Source: Oscillospiraceae bacterium
GTDB lineage: Bacteria > Bacillota > Clostridia > Oscillospirales > Ruminococcaceae
Direction of reading: 5' to 3'
NCBI GenBank assembly: GCA_017439985.1
Contig: JAFSIC010000028.1
Span: 996-64,995, forward strand
DNA length: 64,000 nucleotides
In this document: one piece after another, positions 46,817 to 56,501 of the stretch
How positions within the stretch are numbered: the first letter of the stretch is position 1
Layout: every line of letters starts with the position of its first letter
Position numbers and translations under genes: made by a program
Notes under the pieces: model-generated
Databases searched by the model: none
Seen by the model: only the letters and a program-made list of their open reading frames with translations
Told to the model about the DNA's origin: nothing

Positions 46817-47656
46817 GTGTACAAAATCGTGAAAAAACAGAAGCTCAATGACGCTGTTGTTCTGATGGAAATCGAAGCACCGTTCATTGCAAGAAAAGTA
46901 CTCCCAGGCCAGTTCATCATCTTCAGAATCGATGAGCAGGGCGAACGTATCCCTGTAACTGTTGCTGACTATGACAGAGAAAAAGGCACCATCACTCTGA
47001 TCGTTCAGACTGTTGGTCGTTCCACCATTATGCTGGGCCAGATGAATGAAGGCGAAGCTCTGCTGGACGTTGTAGGTCCTCTGGGCATCCCAACCCATCT
47101 CGATGGTCTGAAAAAAGTTTGCGTTATCGGCGGCGGCGTTGGTTGTGCTATCGCATACCCACAGGCTAAAGCTCTGCACAATGCAGGCGCTCATGTAGAT
47201 ATGATCGCTGGCTTCCGCTCCAAAGACATCGTTATTATCGAAGACGAAATGAGAGCTGTTGCTGACAATCTCTACGTTATGACTGACGACGGTACCTACG
47301 GTGAAAAAGGTCTCGTTACCAACAAACTGCAGCAGCTGCTGGATGAAGGCAACGAATATGATGCAGTTATCGCTATCGGTCCAGTTATCATGATGAAATT
47401 TGTTGCAGCTACCACCAAACCACACGGTATCAAAACCATCGTTTCCCTGAACCCAATCATGATCGATGGTACCGGTATGTGCGGCGGCTGCCGTGTAACT
47501 GTTGGCGGCGAAACCAAATTCGCTTGCGTTGACGGCCCAGACTTCGACGGTCACCTGGTTGACTTCGACGAGCTGATGAAACGTAACGGCACCAACAAAG
47601 AACAGGAACGCCATGACTGTGAAAACTGCAGAATGAGGAGTGTTTACAATGCCTAA
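46817..47656 (+). CDS. nfnA: NADH-dependent reduced ferredoxin:NADP oxidoreductase subunit A (sulfide/dihydroorotate dehydrogenase-like FAD/NAD-binding protein)
   Basis: MYKIVKKQKL-type N-terminus (GTG 46817 after AAGAGGTGA), RIPVTVADYD FAD site and the C-terminal 2Fe-2S motif GTGMCGGCRV...CVDGP. Confidence 0.8.
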   Translation: MYKIVKKQKLNDAVVLMEIEAPFIARKVLPGQFIIFRIDEQGERIPVTVADYDREKGTITLIVQTVGRSTIMLGQMNEGEALLDVVGPLGIPTHLDGLKKVCVIGGGVGCAIAYPQAKALHNAGAHVDMIAGFRSKDIVIIEDEMRAVADNLYVMTDDGTYGEKGLVTNKLQQLLDEGNEYDAVIAIGPVIMMKFVAATTKPHGIKTIVSLNPIMIDGTGMCGGCRVTVGGETKFACVDGPDFDGHLVDFDELMKRNGTNKEQERHDCENCRMRSVYNA

Positions 47657-49049
47657 TATGTCCCTGGTGAAAAACCCAATGCCTGAGCAGGACCCAAAAG
47701 TTCGTGCTCGCAACTTTGAAGAAGTAACTCTCGGTTACACCGAAGAAATGGCTATCAACGAAGCACAGCGCTGCCTGAACTGCAAACACATGCCATGTGT
47801 AGCAGGCTGCCCTGTAAACGTTCAGATTCCTAAATTCATCTCCCTGATCGCTCAGGGTAAATTTGCTGACGCTTGCGCAGCAATCAAAGAAACCTCCGCT
47901 CTGCCAGCAGTTTGCGGTCGTGTATGCCCACAGGAAACCCAGTGCGAATGCAAATGCGTACGCGGTATCAAAGGCGAACCAGTTGCAATCGGCCGTCTGG
48001 AACGTTTTGCTGCTGACTGGGCTCGTGAACATGATGCAGAAGAAATCGTAAAACCAGAATCCAACGGCATTAAAGTTGCTATTATCGGTGCTGGTCCTGC
48101 AGGTCTGACCTGCGCTGGCGACCTGGCTAAACTGGGCTACGATGTAACCATCTTCGAAGCATTCCACAAAGCCGGTGGCGTACTGGTTTACGGTATTCCT
48201 GAATTCCGTCTGCCAAAAGTTATCGTTCAGAAAGAGGTTGAAAACCTCGAGAAAATGGGCGTTAAGATCATGACCAACATGGTTATTGGTAAAGTTCTGT
48301 CCATCGACGAACTGTTCAACGACTACGGCTTCAAAGCTGTATTCGTAGGTTCCGGTGCTGGTCTGCCATCCTTCATGGGTATCGAAGGCGAAGGTCTCGT
48401 AGGCGTTTACTCCGCTAACGAATTCCTGACCCGTATCAACCTGATGAAAGCATACCTCGACGAATATGATACCCCAATCCGCAAAGGTAAATCCGTTGCA
48501 GTAGTTGGTGGTGGTAACGTAGCAATGGACGCTGCTCGTTCCGCTATGCGTCTGGGCGCTGAACACGTTTACATCATCTACCGTCGTTCCGAAGCTGAGC
48601 TGCCAGCTCGTGCTGAAGAAGTACATCATGCAAAAGAAGAAGGCATCGAATTCCTGCTGCTGAACAACCCAACCAAGATTCTGGGTGACGAAAACGGCAA
48701 CGTTCGTGCTATCGAATGCATCAAAATGGAACTGGGCGAACCAGATGCTTCCGGCCGTCGCAGACCAGTTGCTATCGAAGGTTCCAACTACGAAGTACCA
48801 GTTGATACTGTTATCATGTCCATCGGTACTTCTCCAAACCCACTGATCAGATCTACCACCGAAGGCCTCGAAGCTAACAAATGGGGTTGTCTGGTTGCTG
48901 ACGACAAAGCTGCTACCACCAAAGAAGGCGTTTACGCTGGTGGTGACGCTGTTACCGGTGCTGCTACCGTTATTCTGGCAATGGGCGCAGGCAAAACTGC
49001 TGCTGAATCCATGCATGAATACCTGCAGGAAAAATTCGGCAACAAATAG
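47649..49049 (+). CDS. nfnB: NfnB / glutamate-synthase small-chain-like NADPH-binding FeS flavoprotein
   Basis: Two 4Fe-4S Cys clusters (CLNCKHMPCVAGCP, CGRVCPQETQCE) and two dinucleotide folds (VAIIGAGPAGL, VAVVGGGNVAMD). Overlaps the nfnA stop by 8 nt. Confidence 0.85.
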   Translation: MPNMSLVKNPMPEQDPKVRARNFEEVTLGYTEEMAINEAQRCLNCKHMPCVAGCPVNVQIPKFISLIAQGKFADACAAIKETSALPAVCGRVCPQETQCECKCVRGIKGEPVAIGRLERFAADWAREHDAEEIVKPESNGIKVAIIGAGPAGLTCAGDLAKLGYDVTIFEAFHKAGGVLVYGIPEFRLPKVIVQKEVENLEKMGVKIMTNMVIGKVLSIDELFNDYGFKAVFVGSGAGLPSFMGIEGEGLVGVYSANEFLTRINLMKAYLDEYDTPIRKGKSVAVVGGGNVAMDAARSAMRLGAEHVYIIYRRSEAELPARAEEVHHAKEEGIEFLLLNNPTKILGDENGNVRAIECIKMELGEPDASGRRRPVAIEGSNYEVPVDTVIMSIGTSPNPLIRSTTEGLEANKWGCLVADDKAATTKEGVYAGGDAVTGAATVILAMGAGKTAAESMHEYLQEKFGNK

Positions 49050-49070
49050 TCGTTGATTTTCTGTAATACA

Positions 49071-49103
49071 AAGGCTGTCGAGTGATCGGCAGCCTTTTCT
49101 TTA
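49071..49103 (+). terminator. intrinsic terminator after nfnB
   Basis: GGCTGTCG-agtgat-CGGCAGCC followed by TTTTCTTT. Confidence 0.75.
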
Positions 49104-49112
49104 TATAATGAA

Positions 49113-49335
49113 TGCAAAACAAAAGAACCGCCCCAAAGGCGGTTCTCTTGTTGATACAAACAGAAAAGGAAAGTTATATGTTAAGACAGGGGATGTCTGT
49201 GTAGATAGGCCTGCACGGCCTTGCGGCCGAACCTGCAGCCCGGTATTCCGTCCAGCTGACAGGTGAGAGCGAAGCTCCTGCAGATTAAGTTTAGATTGAG
49301 AAGGGAATCTGTGTGTTTCTCTTAAGTACAATCAT
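49113..49335 (-). ncRNA. candidate structured small RNA or long structured 3' UTR (unclassified)
   Basis: A 270-nt non-coding gap lies downstream of the minus-strand CDS. Minus strand has TATACT (-10-like) at about 49339, an extended hairpin capped by GGCC-GCAA-GGCC (a GNRA loop only in minus sense) and the terminator AGAACCGCC-tttgg-GGCGGTTCT + TTTTGTTTTG. Confidence 0.3.
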
Positions 49336-49417
49336 AGTATACACAGGAATTGTGAGAAAACTATGCTCTTTCTGAGAAGAAAAAGTTACATTTTTAATAA
49401 GAAATTGTGAACACAGA

Positions 49418-49948
49418 CTATAAATCAGCCAAGGCTACAAGAGAAACACAGCCGTGAAGCTGCTGAGGGGCCTCAGAACTGCTTTGAACCTGTAACTGAA
49501 GGGTCGATGCTGTTTCTACCACAGGAAGCAAGAGTGTGCTGCTGAGGGTCTGAGCGCTGCTTCCGGCGGAGCTTACAGTAACGGAGCTGCACAGATCACT
49601 GACAGAATCGATCACAGGGATAATGGAAAGACTTTGATTGATGGTGGCTGAAATTTGATAGCTCAGTTGATAGAGTCTGCCCGGCTGCAGAATAATGGTT
49701 TCGTTATCCGTGTCCAGTCTGATGCTGCGTCCATCAAGAGCCTGTGGACTGAGTTCCAGATTGTTGTCGTTACCATCAGGTGCAGAAATACCAAAAATCG
49801 CGTAGTCAAGCTGGCAGCTGCTGCTTCCCCAGTTGCAGGGGTACTGCGGATAGTACAGACAGGGGATGTCGAAAAAAGGGAAGGAACGATTTCCGCGCTG
49901 ACAGCGATCGCAACCGGAACTTTCATTGCTCATATTATATTTTCGCAT
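49418..49948 (-). CDS. hypothetical Cys-rich protein with possible C1q/TNF-like (BclA C-terminal-domain-like) beta-sandwich
   Basis: GGAGGT RBS 5 nt before ATG 49948. The N-terminal 45 aa carry 6 Cys. The remainder (YAIFGISAPDG...ETIILQPGRLYQLSYQISAT...STLQLQVQS...VSLVALADL) has the alternating beta-strand pattern I associate with exosporium/BclA-type domains. This is inference only. Confidence 0.45.
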   Translation of the reverse strand: MRKYNMSNESSGCDRCQRGNRSFPFFDIPCLYYPQYPCNWGSSSCQLDYAIFGISAPDGNDNNLELSPQALDGRSIRLDTDNETIILQPGRLYQLSYQISATINQSLSIIPVIDSVSDLCSSVTVSSAGSSAQTLSSTLLLPVVETASTLQLQVQSSSEAPQQLHGCVSLVALADL

Positions 49949-50000
49949 AAGATACCTCCAACGATAGAATATGTACAGCACATACTATGCAGGAAGAATA

Positions 50001-50029
50001 GGAAAAAGTCCTCTCCGTAAGGAGAGGAC
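50001..50029 (-). terminator. intrinsic terminator after 56-aa ORF
   Basis: Minus strand reads GTCCTCTCC-ttac-GGAGAGGAC followed by TTTTTCC. Confidence 0.8.
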
Positions 50030-50034
50030 AGCTT

Positions 50035-50205
50035 TTATTTTGCAGAAGAGTTGGTGTTCCAGCGATGGAGCACCTGTTTCATGTCAGCTAAAGTAGCGAC
50101 AGAATCGGAAGACTGGATCAACAGACCCTGCTCCTGTTCATCCAACGACAGGAAATAGCTTTTCGCCTGTGGGTTCTGACTGAGAAGAACGTTCAGTTTG
50201 TTCAT
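50035..50205 (-). CDS. hypothetical 56-aa protein (below ORF-track cutoff)
   Basis: ATG 50205 lies 5 nt after GGAGGTGA. Peptide MNKLNVLLSQNPQAKSYFLSLDEQEQGLLIQSSDSVATLADMKQVLHRWNTNSSAK. The gene has its own terminator. Confidence 0.5.
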   Translation of the reverse strand: MNKLNVLLSQNPQAKSYFLSLDEQEQGLLIQSSDSVATLADMKQVLHRWNTNSSAK

Positions 50206-50246
50206 GAAAATCACCTCCGGGAATAGTATCTCCCGAAGGTGCTTGC

Positions 50247-50669
50247 TTATGCTTTGTTCGTTTTATAGACAAACACAGATGCCGCAGTCATGAGAAGAAA
50301 AGCGGCAATGTAGGCAGGAGGTACGGAGTGTGCCCACGGTGTCAATCGGAAACCTAAACTGAGGAGCGGCAAATAGAACAGCTGACTGTAGCCGCCGATA
50401 CGGTTCATCCAGTAAGCGCCGAATCCCCATTCCTGAATCAGCACAAGAAGCAAATCAATGGCTGCGGGAGCATTCAGCAAAAGCAAAGCTTTCCAGTCAT
50501 AATTTGTCATACGCAGCGAAACATGGCTCAGATAGCCCCAGAATAAAAGCATCAGCACGGAAATCAGCATCAATGGAACACCAAGAAGATTCATCATCAG
50601 CCAATCCTGAATGCGCCCCAGAAGAAAGGGAGAACAGCCTAACAAAATGATCAAAAAGCAGCGTTTCAT
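50247..50669 (-). CDS. hypothetical integral membrane protein (about 4 TM)
   Basis: ATG 50669 lies 4 nt after GGAGGGA. Hydrophobic segments include CFLIILLGCSPFLLG, GVPLMLISVLMLLFWGYL and PAYIAAFLLMTAASVFV. Confidence 0.55.
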   Translation of the reverse strand: MKRCFLIILLGCSPFLLGRIQDWLMMNLLGVPLMLISVLMLLFWGYLSHVSLRMTNYDWKALLLLNAPAAIDLLLVLIQEWGFGAYWMNRIGGYSQLFYLPLLSLGFRLTPWAHSVPPAYIAAFLLMTAASVFVYKTNKA

Positions 50670-50805
50670 AAAATCCCTCCTTTTATTCAGTATAGCATAA
50701 CGATCTTTTCTCTTCAATCCTTCGTTGACAAGGAGTCAAAAGAGTGATACCATAATTCTGTGATAATTTTTACGAAAATTGCTTCATTTCAGGAGGTTTT
50801 TATAG

Positions 50806-51909
50806 ATGAAACGTGATATTTCCCAGGAAACAAAAGATATTCTGGAGGGCGTAGAACAGTTCTGGAAAGATGTCTGCGCTTTGCCGCAGGCAGACACGCA
50901 GATGCCTGACCGCCGCCGCTTCATTTTGCTTCTCAGCGGCCTGTCCTCTTATCGTAAAGTACCGGGTATCGAAGAACATCAGGGCTTTGATAGTCTGTAT
51001 CACTGCAAGGGACGAATTGCAGCAAACCAGACCAAAGAATATCTGGAAAAGGTCATGGGTGTTACCGATAAAGAAAGCTTGTATCAAGTGGCAAATAATT
51101 TCTATCACAGTGGCGATGAGTATGACCAGTTCATGAGTTTTTGGGAAAGACGTCCTGTTTTCAATGAGAAAGATTTGACTGCTGAAGGTCGTGGTGCTTT
51201 CCAGAAATGCAAAGGCTTCGCGGAACTCTTCCGTGACTTGGTGGAAAACCGCGGTTTCTTTGCATGGGACTGCAATGAACGCATTTGTCTGTATCGTGCA
51301 GCCTGTGCCTGCGGCTTGATTTCTGACGCTGAATTCTGGAATCTCTGCGAGCCATTGGCAAGAAAAGCAACGCAGCTGTATCGTAGCTGGAAGGAATATG
51401 CTCTCAGTGCCTTCTGCGGCGCGATTTACTTCGCGTACTGTCAGTATGGCTGTCAGGAAGGCGAGGAACTGAAACAGTTCTATGCCATCAACAATATGCT
51501 CCTACACAAGCTGTTCCTTGGTGAGGGTCACTGGACTCGCTGGGATTGGTATGAATTCCCGGTGAAACAGTGGGCAATTCCGGGTCCGCAGATCAAACAG
51601 GTTTTGACTGACTGGAACGGTCCTGTTGGCTGTCTGGCAACCGACCGTATTATGGTCGATGGCTGCAAAGTAGGCTACATGTATCGTCAGCAGCCTGTCA
51701 ACGAAGGGGACAGCGGTTGGTGTTTCTTTGCCGGCGATGAGGATGATGCTTACACCTGCAATCCGGATAATGTGGGTGTCTTCCACTTAAATACGCTCTG
51801 CAACTATGATCCATCCATTATGCCGCTGCTGAATGCGCCATACGGTACTGCTTATGTACGCGGCGAAGACGGCTTGTTCCATGAAGAGCAGCTGGAAAAC
51901 GAGGAATAA
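50806..51909 (+). CDS. DUF1266 + DUF2185 fusion protein
   Basis: The central FFAWDCNERICLYRAACACGLISDAEFW matches the DUF1266 W-D..R signature. The C-terminal DSGWCFFAGDEDD...PSIMPLLNAPYGTAYVR matches DUF2185 as I recall it. Confidence 0.6.
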   Translation: MKRDISQETKDILEGVEQFWKDVCALPQADTQMPDRRRFILLLSGLSSYRKVPGIEEHQGFDSLYHCKGRIAANQTKEYLEKVMGVTDKESLYQVANNFYHSGDEYDQFMSFWERRPVFNEKDLTAEGRGAFQKCKGFAELFRDLVENRGFFAWDCNERICLYRAACACGLISDAEFWNLCEPLARKATQLYRSWKEYALSAFCGAIYFAYCQYGCQEGEELKQFYAINNMLLHKLFLGEGHWTRWDWYEFPVKQWAIPGPQIKQVLTDWNGPVGCLATDRIMVDGCKVGYMYRQQPVNEGDSGWCFFAGDEDDAYTCNPDNVGVFHLNTLCNYDPSIMPLLNAPYGTAYVRGEDGLFHEEQLENEE

Positions 51910-51911
51910 CT

Positions 51912-52433
51912 ATGAGACGAACTGCGTTTTCCCTGATACTTTGTCTGCTGCTAAGTTTTTGTGCCTGCACGCAGCGCAGTGCAGCGCCGACAATGGCAGT
52001 ACAGCCGACAACAAAAGAACCGACGAGAGATATGACGGAAGTCTCAGAGAAGCTGCAGCCTCAGGTGGATTTGTCCCCGTTGACCGAGAGTTCATTAGGG
52101 CAGGCTCTTGTTGCTTCCGTTCGAGAAGTAGAGAGCGTTGTGATCACCAGTACAGCCAATGGGGAAGTAGTCTATGAGTCTACGGACGATGTGCTGTCGC
52201 AGGGCTTCTATGACGCTCTGCAGATCATCAACGAGGAATACGAGACTTTGGATATTCGCCCCATTGATTATGAAGTTGATTTTACGACGGCTTTGGGTAT
52301 CACAAAACACTATGGATTATGGATCAATTTCACGAAAGACAACAATGTCATTGTGCAATGTGATGGTGATTTATGGGATTTGCCAATCGGCGAAAGCAAC
52401 TGGCTGCGTGCTAAGATCGGTGGACTTGCATAA
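51912..52433 (+). CDS. putative lipoprotein (unknown function)
   Basis: Signal peptide MRRTAFSLILCLLLSFCAC with a lipobox-like end. Starts 3 nt after the previous stop. Confidence 0.5.
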   Translation: MRRTAFSLILCLLLSFCACTQRSAAPTMAVQPTTKEPTRDMTEVSEKLQPQVDLSPLTESSLGQALVASVREVESVVITSTANGEVVYESTDDVLSQGFYDALQIINEEYETLDIRPIDYEVDFTTALGITKHYGLWINFTKDNNVIVQCDGDLWDLPIGESNWLRAKIGGLA

Positions 52434-52568
52434 TCACGCATGACTGGCAAAATACTTTACACTAAATAATGGCAAATTGATATATATTGAATTAAAATGC
52501 TTGTTTTAAGCCATTATTGTTAATGTGTAAAGTTATATAACATTATAGGAAAGAATGGAGAGATTCTG

Positions 52569-52985
52569 ATGAAAAGCATCAAACCTGGTCGAGGACCGTC
52601 GAAAAGAAGCTTTGCCGGCTCTGTTTTTGTCGTGATTTTTGGTATCATCTGGACGATTATAGCCTTTACAATGACTGCTACCGGAGGCTTTGGAATCATC
52701 GGATTGTTGTTCCCATTGTTCGGTATTTGCTTTGTGGGTTTCGGAATCTATGATGCCTACATTGCTTACCAAAATGCTCATGGCGAGGACCGTATGTCGC
52801 TCTTCGATATTGTAGACGGTGATGAAGAACCGGACCCTTGGGCGCCGGACTATGAGCAGAGAAAAGCTCAGCAGCAGTCGCTTCGAAGCGATGATAGGGA
52901 AGAAGCAAACTTCTGTCCATACTGCGGCAAAGCGGTGGAGCCTGAGCATAATTTCTGCAAACACTGCGGAAAACCACTGGAATAG
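52569..52985 (+). CDS. membrane protein with C-terminal double-CxxC zinc ribbon
   Basis: Two TM segments, an acidic linker and CPYCGKAV...CKHCGKPL. Confidence 0.55.
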   Translation: MKSIKPGRGPSKRSFAGSVFVVIFGIIWTIIAFTMTATGGFGIIGLLFPLFGICFVGFGIYDAYIAYQNAHGEDRMSLFDIVDGDEEPDPWAPDYEQRKAQQQSLRSDDREEANFCPYCGKAVEPEHNFCKHCGKPLE

Positions 52986-53009
52986 TTTTCATAAGAAGCT
53001 GCCAAACTC

Positions 53010-53039
53010 TTGACGATGGCAGCTTCTTTGTATTATAAT
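53010..53039 (+). promoter_or_regulatory. promoter of asnS (embedded in the upstream terminator hairpin)
   Basis: TTGACG, 18 nt, TATAAT. Confidence 0.5.
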
Positions 53040-53102
53040 AATTAAATGATATTTGCTTTTGCGAGTGTCAAGTTTACAAACTCTATAAGGAGGAAAAACA
53101 AT

Positions 53103-54497
<1,395 letters not shown>

Positions 54498-54506
54498 AAA
54501 AGACGA

Positions 54507-54532
54507 GCCGCCTCATTTGAGGCGGCTTTTTT
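54507..54532 (+). terminator. intrinsic terminator after asnS
   Basis: GCCGCCTC-attt-GAGGCGGC followed by TTTTTT. Confidence 0.8.
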
Positions 54533-54546
54533 CAGGAGTTGATGAA

Positions 54547-54933
54547 ATGGTAGAAGTCGTTGCTGCTTTGATCTGGGATGAGGATCGGTTTCTGATTTGC
54601 CAGCGTCCCGCCAATAAAGCAAGAGCATTGCTGTGGGAATTTGTAGGCGGAAAAACCGAAGCGGATGAAAGCCTGCAGGAAGCATTGATTCGCGAGTGCA
54701 AGGAAGAGCTTGATATTACTGTGGCGGTCGATGATGTTTTTATGGATGTTGTGCATGAATATCCCGATATTACAGTGCATCTGACCTTATTCAACAGCCG
54801 CATCGCAGAGGGAACACCAAAACTGCTGGAGCATCATGATATGAAGTGGATCAAAGTATCAGAAATCGACGAGTTTGATTTTTGTCCGGCGGATGTTGAT
54901 ATCCTCGCAAAACTAAAACAAATCAAAGCATAA
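54547..54933 (+). CDS. NUDIX hydrolase (MutT-like)
   Basis: Nudix box GGKTEADESLQEALIRECKEELDI. Confidence 0.85.
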   Translation: MVEVVAALIWDEDRFLICQRPANKARALLWEFVGGKTEADESLQEALIRECKEELDITVAVDDVFMDVVHEYPDITVHLTLFNSRIAEGTPKLLEHHDMKWIKVSEIDEFDFCPADVDILAKLKQIKA

Positions 54934-54936
54934 AGA

Positions 54937-54968
54937 AAGAGCCTGAGATGTTCTCAGGCTCTTGTTGT
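54937..54968. terminator. bidirectional terminator between NUDIX and MATE genes
   Basis: AAGAGCCTGAGA-tgt-TCTCAGGCTCTT. Confidence 0.75.
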
Positions 54969-56366
54969 TTATTTGTCGGCAACGATATTGTTTGCCCAGA
55001 TACCGGATTTCAGCATGAAGTAACCAATCACTACTTTGATTGCATCGGCAAACTGTACGCAGAAGTAAATCACAACGACGCTGACGCCGGTGAAACGGCT
55101 GAGACAGAATGCGATCGGCAGGCTGACAACCCAAGTGAACACACAGTCGAAGAGGAAAGTGATAAAAGTCTTGCCGCCGGAACGCAGTGTGAAGTACATA
55201 CCATGAGACAGCGCGTGAATCGGAAGCGCTGCACCTGCAACCAACAGAAGCTGTGTAGTCAGATCACGAACAGCCTGTTCGGTGTTGTAAATCAGTGGAA
55301 CAAACGGAGAGGTAACGGCAATCAGAATGCCGACACCGATATGAGTTGCAAAGGTAAAGAACAGCAGTTTGTTGTCAGTATCTTTTGCTTCTTCGATTTT
55401 GCCTGCGCCAAGAAGCTGGCCGACCATAATGGATACTGCATTACCCATAGCGAACATAATAACGCAGAACAGATTCCAAACGGTGCTGGTGATGTTGGTA
55501 GCAGCAACGACAGTCAAGCCGCGGGTGGAGTAGCTCTGGTTGATCATAGTGGTACCGATACTCCACAATACCTCGTTGGCGATCAGCGGAGCTGCCGTGA
55601 TCAGAATACGGCTGACAATAGCAGTCGGAATTTTCAGACTCTTGTAGGCACCGACAATGAATTCAAAGCGCTGCTGATGTGTATGGGTGATATACATTAA
55701 GTACAGTGCTTCTACATAACGTGAAATTACCGTAGCGATCGCAGCACCGACTACGCCCAGACGAGGGGCACCGAAGTTACCGAAAATCAAAATATAGTTG
55801 AGCACAAGGTTCAGCAGGATGGCGATAACGCTGGCGAACATTGGCGCCTTGGTTTCGCCGGTTTCTCTCAGAGTAGAGGAGTAGGTCTGGGAAAGAGCGA
55901 AAGGAGGCAGTCCGATCAGCATCACAGCCAGATAGGCTTTCGCTTCGCTGAGAGTCAGCACCAGATCGCCGCCGGAACCGGTATCGGTCAGGAACAAACC
56001 AATCAGCGGCTCACTGAAATTGAGCAGCACAGCAAGAGCTGCAATGGTCACAAGTACCGCGTAAATAATCTTAAAACGGAAAGCATAGCGTACACCATCG
56101 TTGTCGCCTTTGCCGTAGTACTGTGCACCGAAAATGGAGGCGCCGGCAAGACCACCGAAAATAGCCAGATTAAAAACAAAAATCAACTGGTTAACAATGG
56201 CAACACCGGACATGGATTCAGTACCCAGCCGCCCAACCATAACATTGTCCAGCAATGACACAAAGCTGGTGATACCCTGCTGAATGATCATCGGTATAAT
56301 GAGGATCAACAGACCATGGTAAAAGGCCTTGCTGCCGATAAATGTTTTCTTGAATTTTTGAAGCAT
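54969..56366 (-). CDS. MATE-family efflux transporter
   Basis: 465 aa, about 12 TM segments. The N-terminal ILIIPMIIQQGITSFVSLLDNVMVGRLG is typical of MATE proteins. Confidence 0.88.
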   Translation of the reverse strand: MLQKFKKTFIGSKAFYHGLLILIIPMIIQQGITSFVSLLDNVMVGRLGTESMSGVAIVNQLIFVFNLAIFGGLAGASIFGAQYYGKGDNDGVRYAFRFKIIYAVLVTIAALAVLLNFSEPLIGLFLTDTGSGGDLVLTLSEAKAYLAVMLIGLPPFALSQTYSSTLRETGETKAPMFASVIAILLNLVLNYILIFGNFGAPRLGVVGAAIATVISRYVEALYLMYITHTHQQRFEFIVGAYKSLKIPTAIVSRILITAAPLIANEVLWSIGTTMINQSYSTRGLTVVAATNITSTVWNLFCVIMFAMGNAVSIMVGQLLGAGKIEEAKDTDNKLLFFTFATHIGVGILIAVTSPFVPLIYNTEQAVRDLTTQLLLVAGAALPIHALSHGMYFTLRSGGKTFITFLFDCVFTWVVSLPIAFCLSRFTGVSVVVIYFCVQFADAIKVVIGYFMLKSGIWANNIVADK

Positions 56367-56501
56367 AAGGTCTCCTTCTTTCTTTTTGTCGTATCACCAC
56401 ACATTATAGCTGATTTTATCAAAAGATTCCAGTCCTTTTCTTGCTTCTCTGTAAATAATGCGATATAATTACATCGTAAGTGATACAATGATGAAAGTGA
56501 G

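Noticed and set aside
47457-49016. Very long antisense ORFs. Examples are 519 aa opposite nfnB, 493 aa at 30124..31605, 401 aa at 3926..5131, 466 aa at 52989..54389, 433 aa at 39868..41169, 357 aa at 37626..38699 and 427 aa at 58074..59357.
   Set aside because: Each lies opposite a gene with unmistakable conserved motifs. They lack RBS signals and translate to odd F/V/H/C/Q-rich sequences. They are the expected shadow of strong codon bias in highly expressed genes, where codons whose complements are stop codons are rare.
49190-49330. SRP (4.5S/scRNA) gene. GACAGGTGAGAGCGAAGCTCCTGCAG is vaguely like the domain IV sequence GGTCCGGAAGGAAGCAGC.
   Set aside because: The hairpin closes on a 3-nt loop rather than a GNAR tetraloop, the symmetric-loop consensus is absent, and neither strand aligns with the conserved SRP core.
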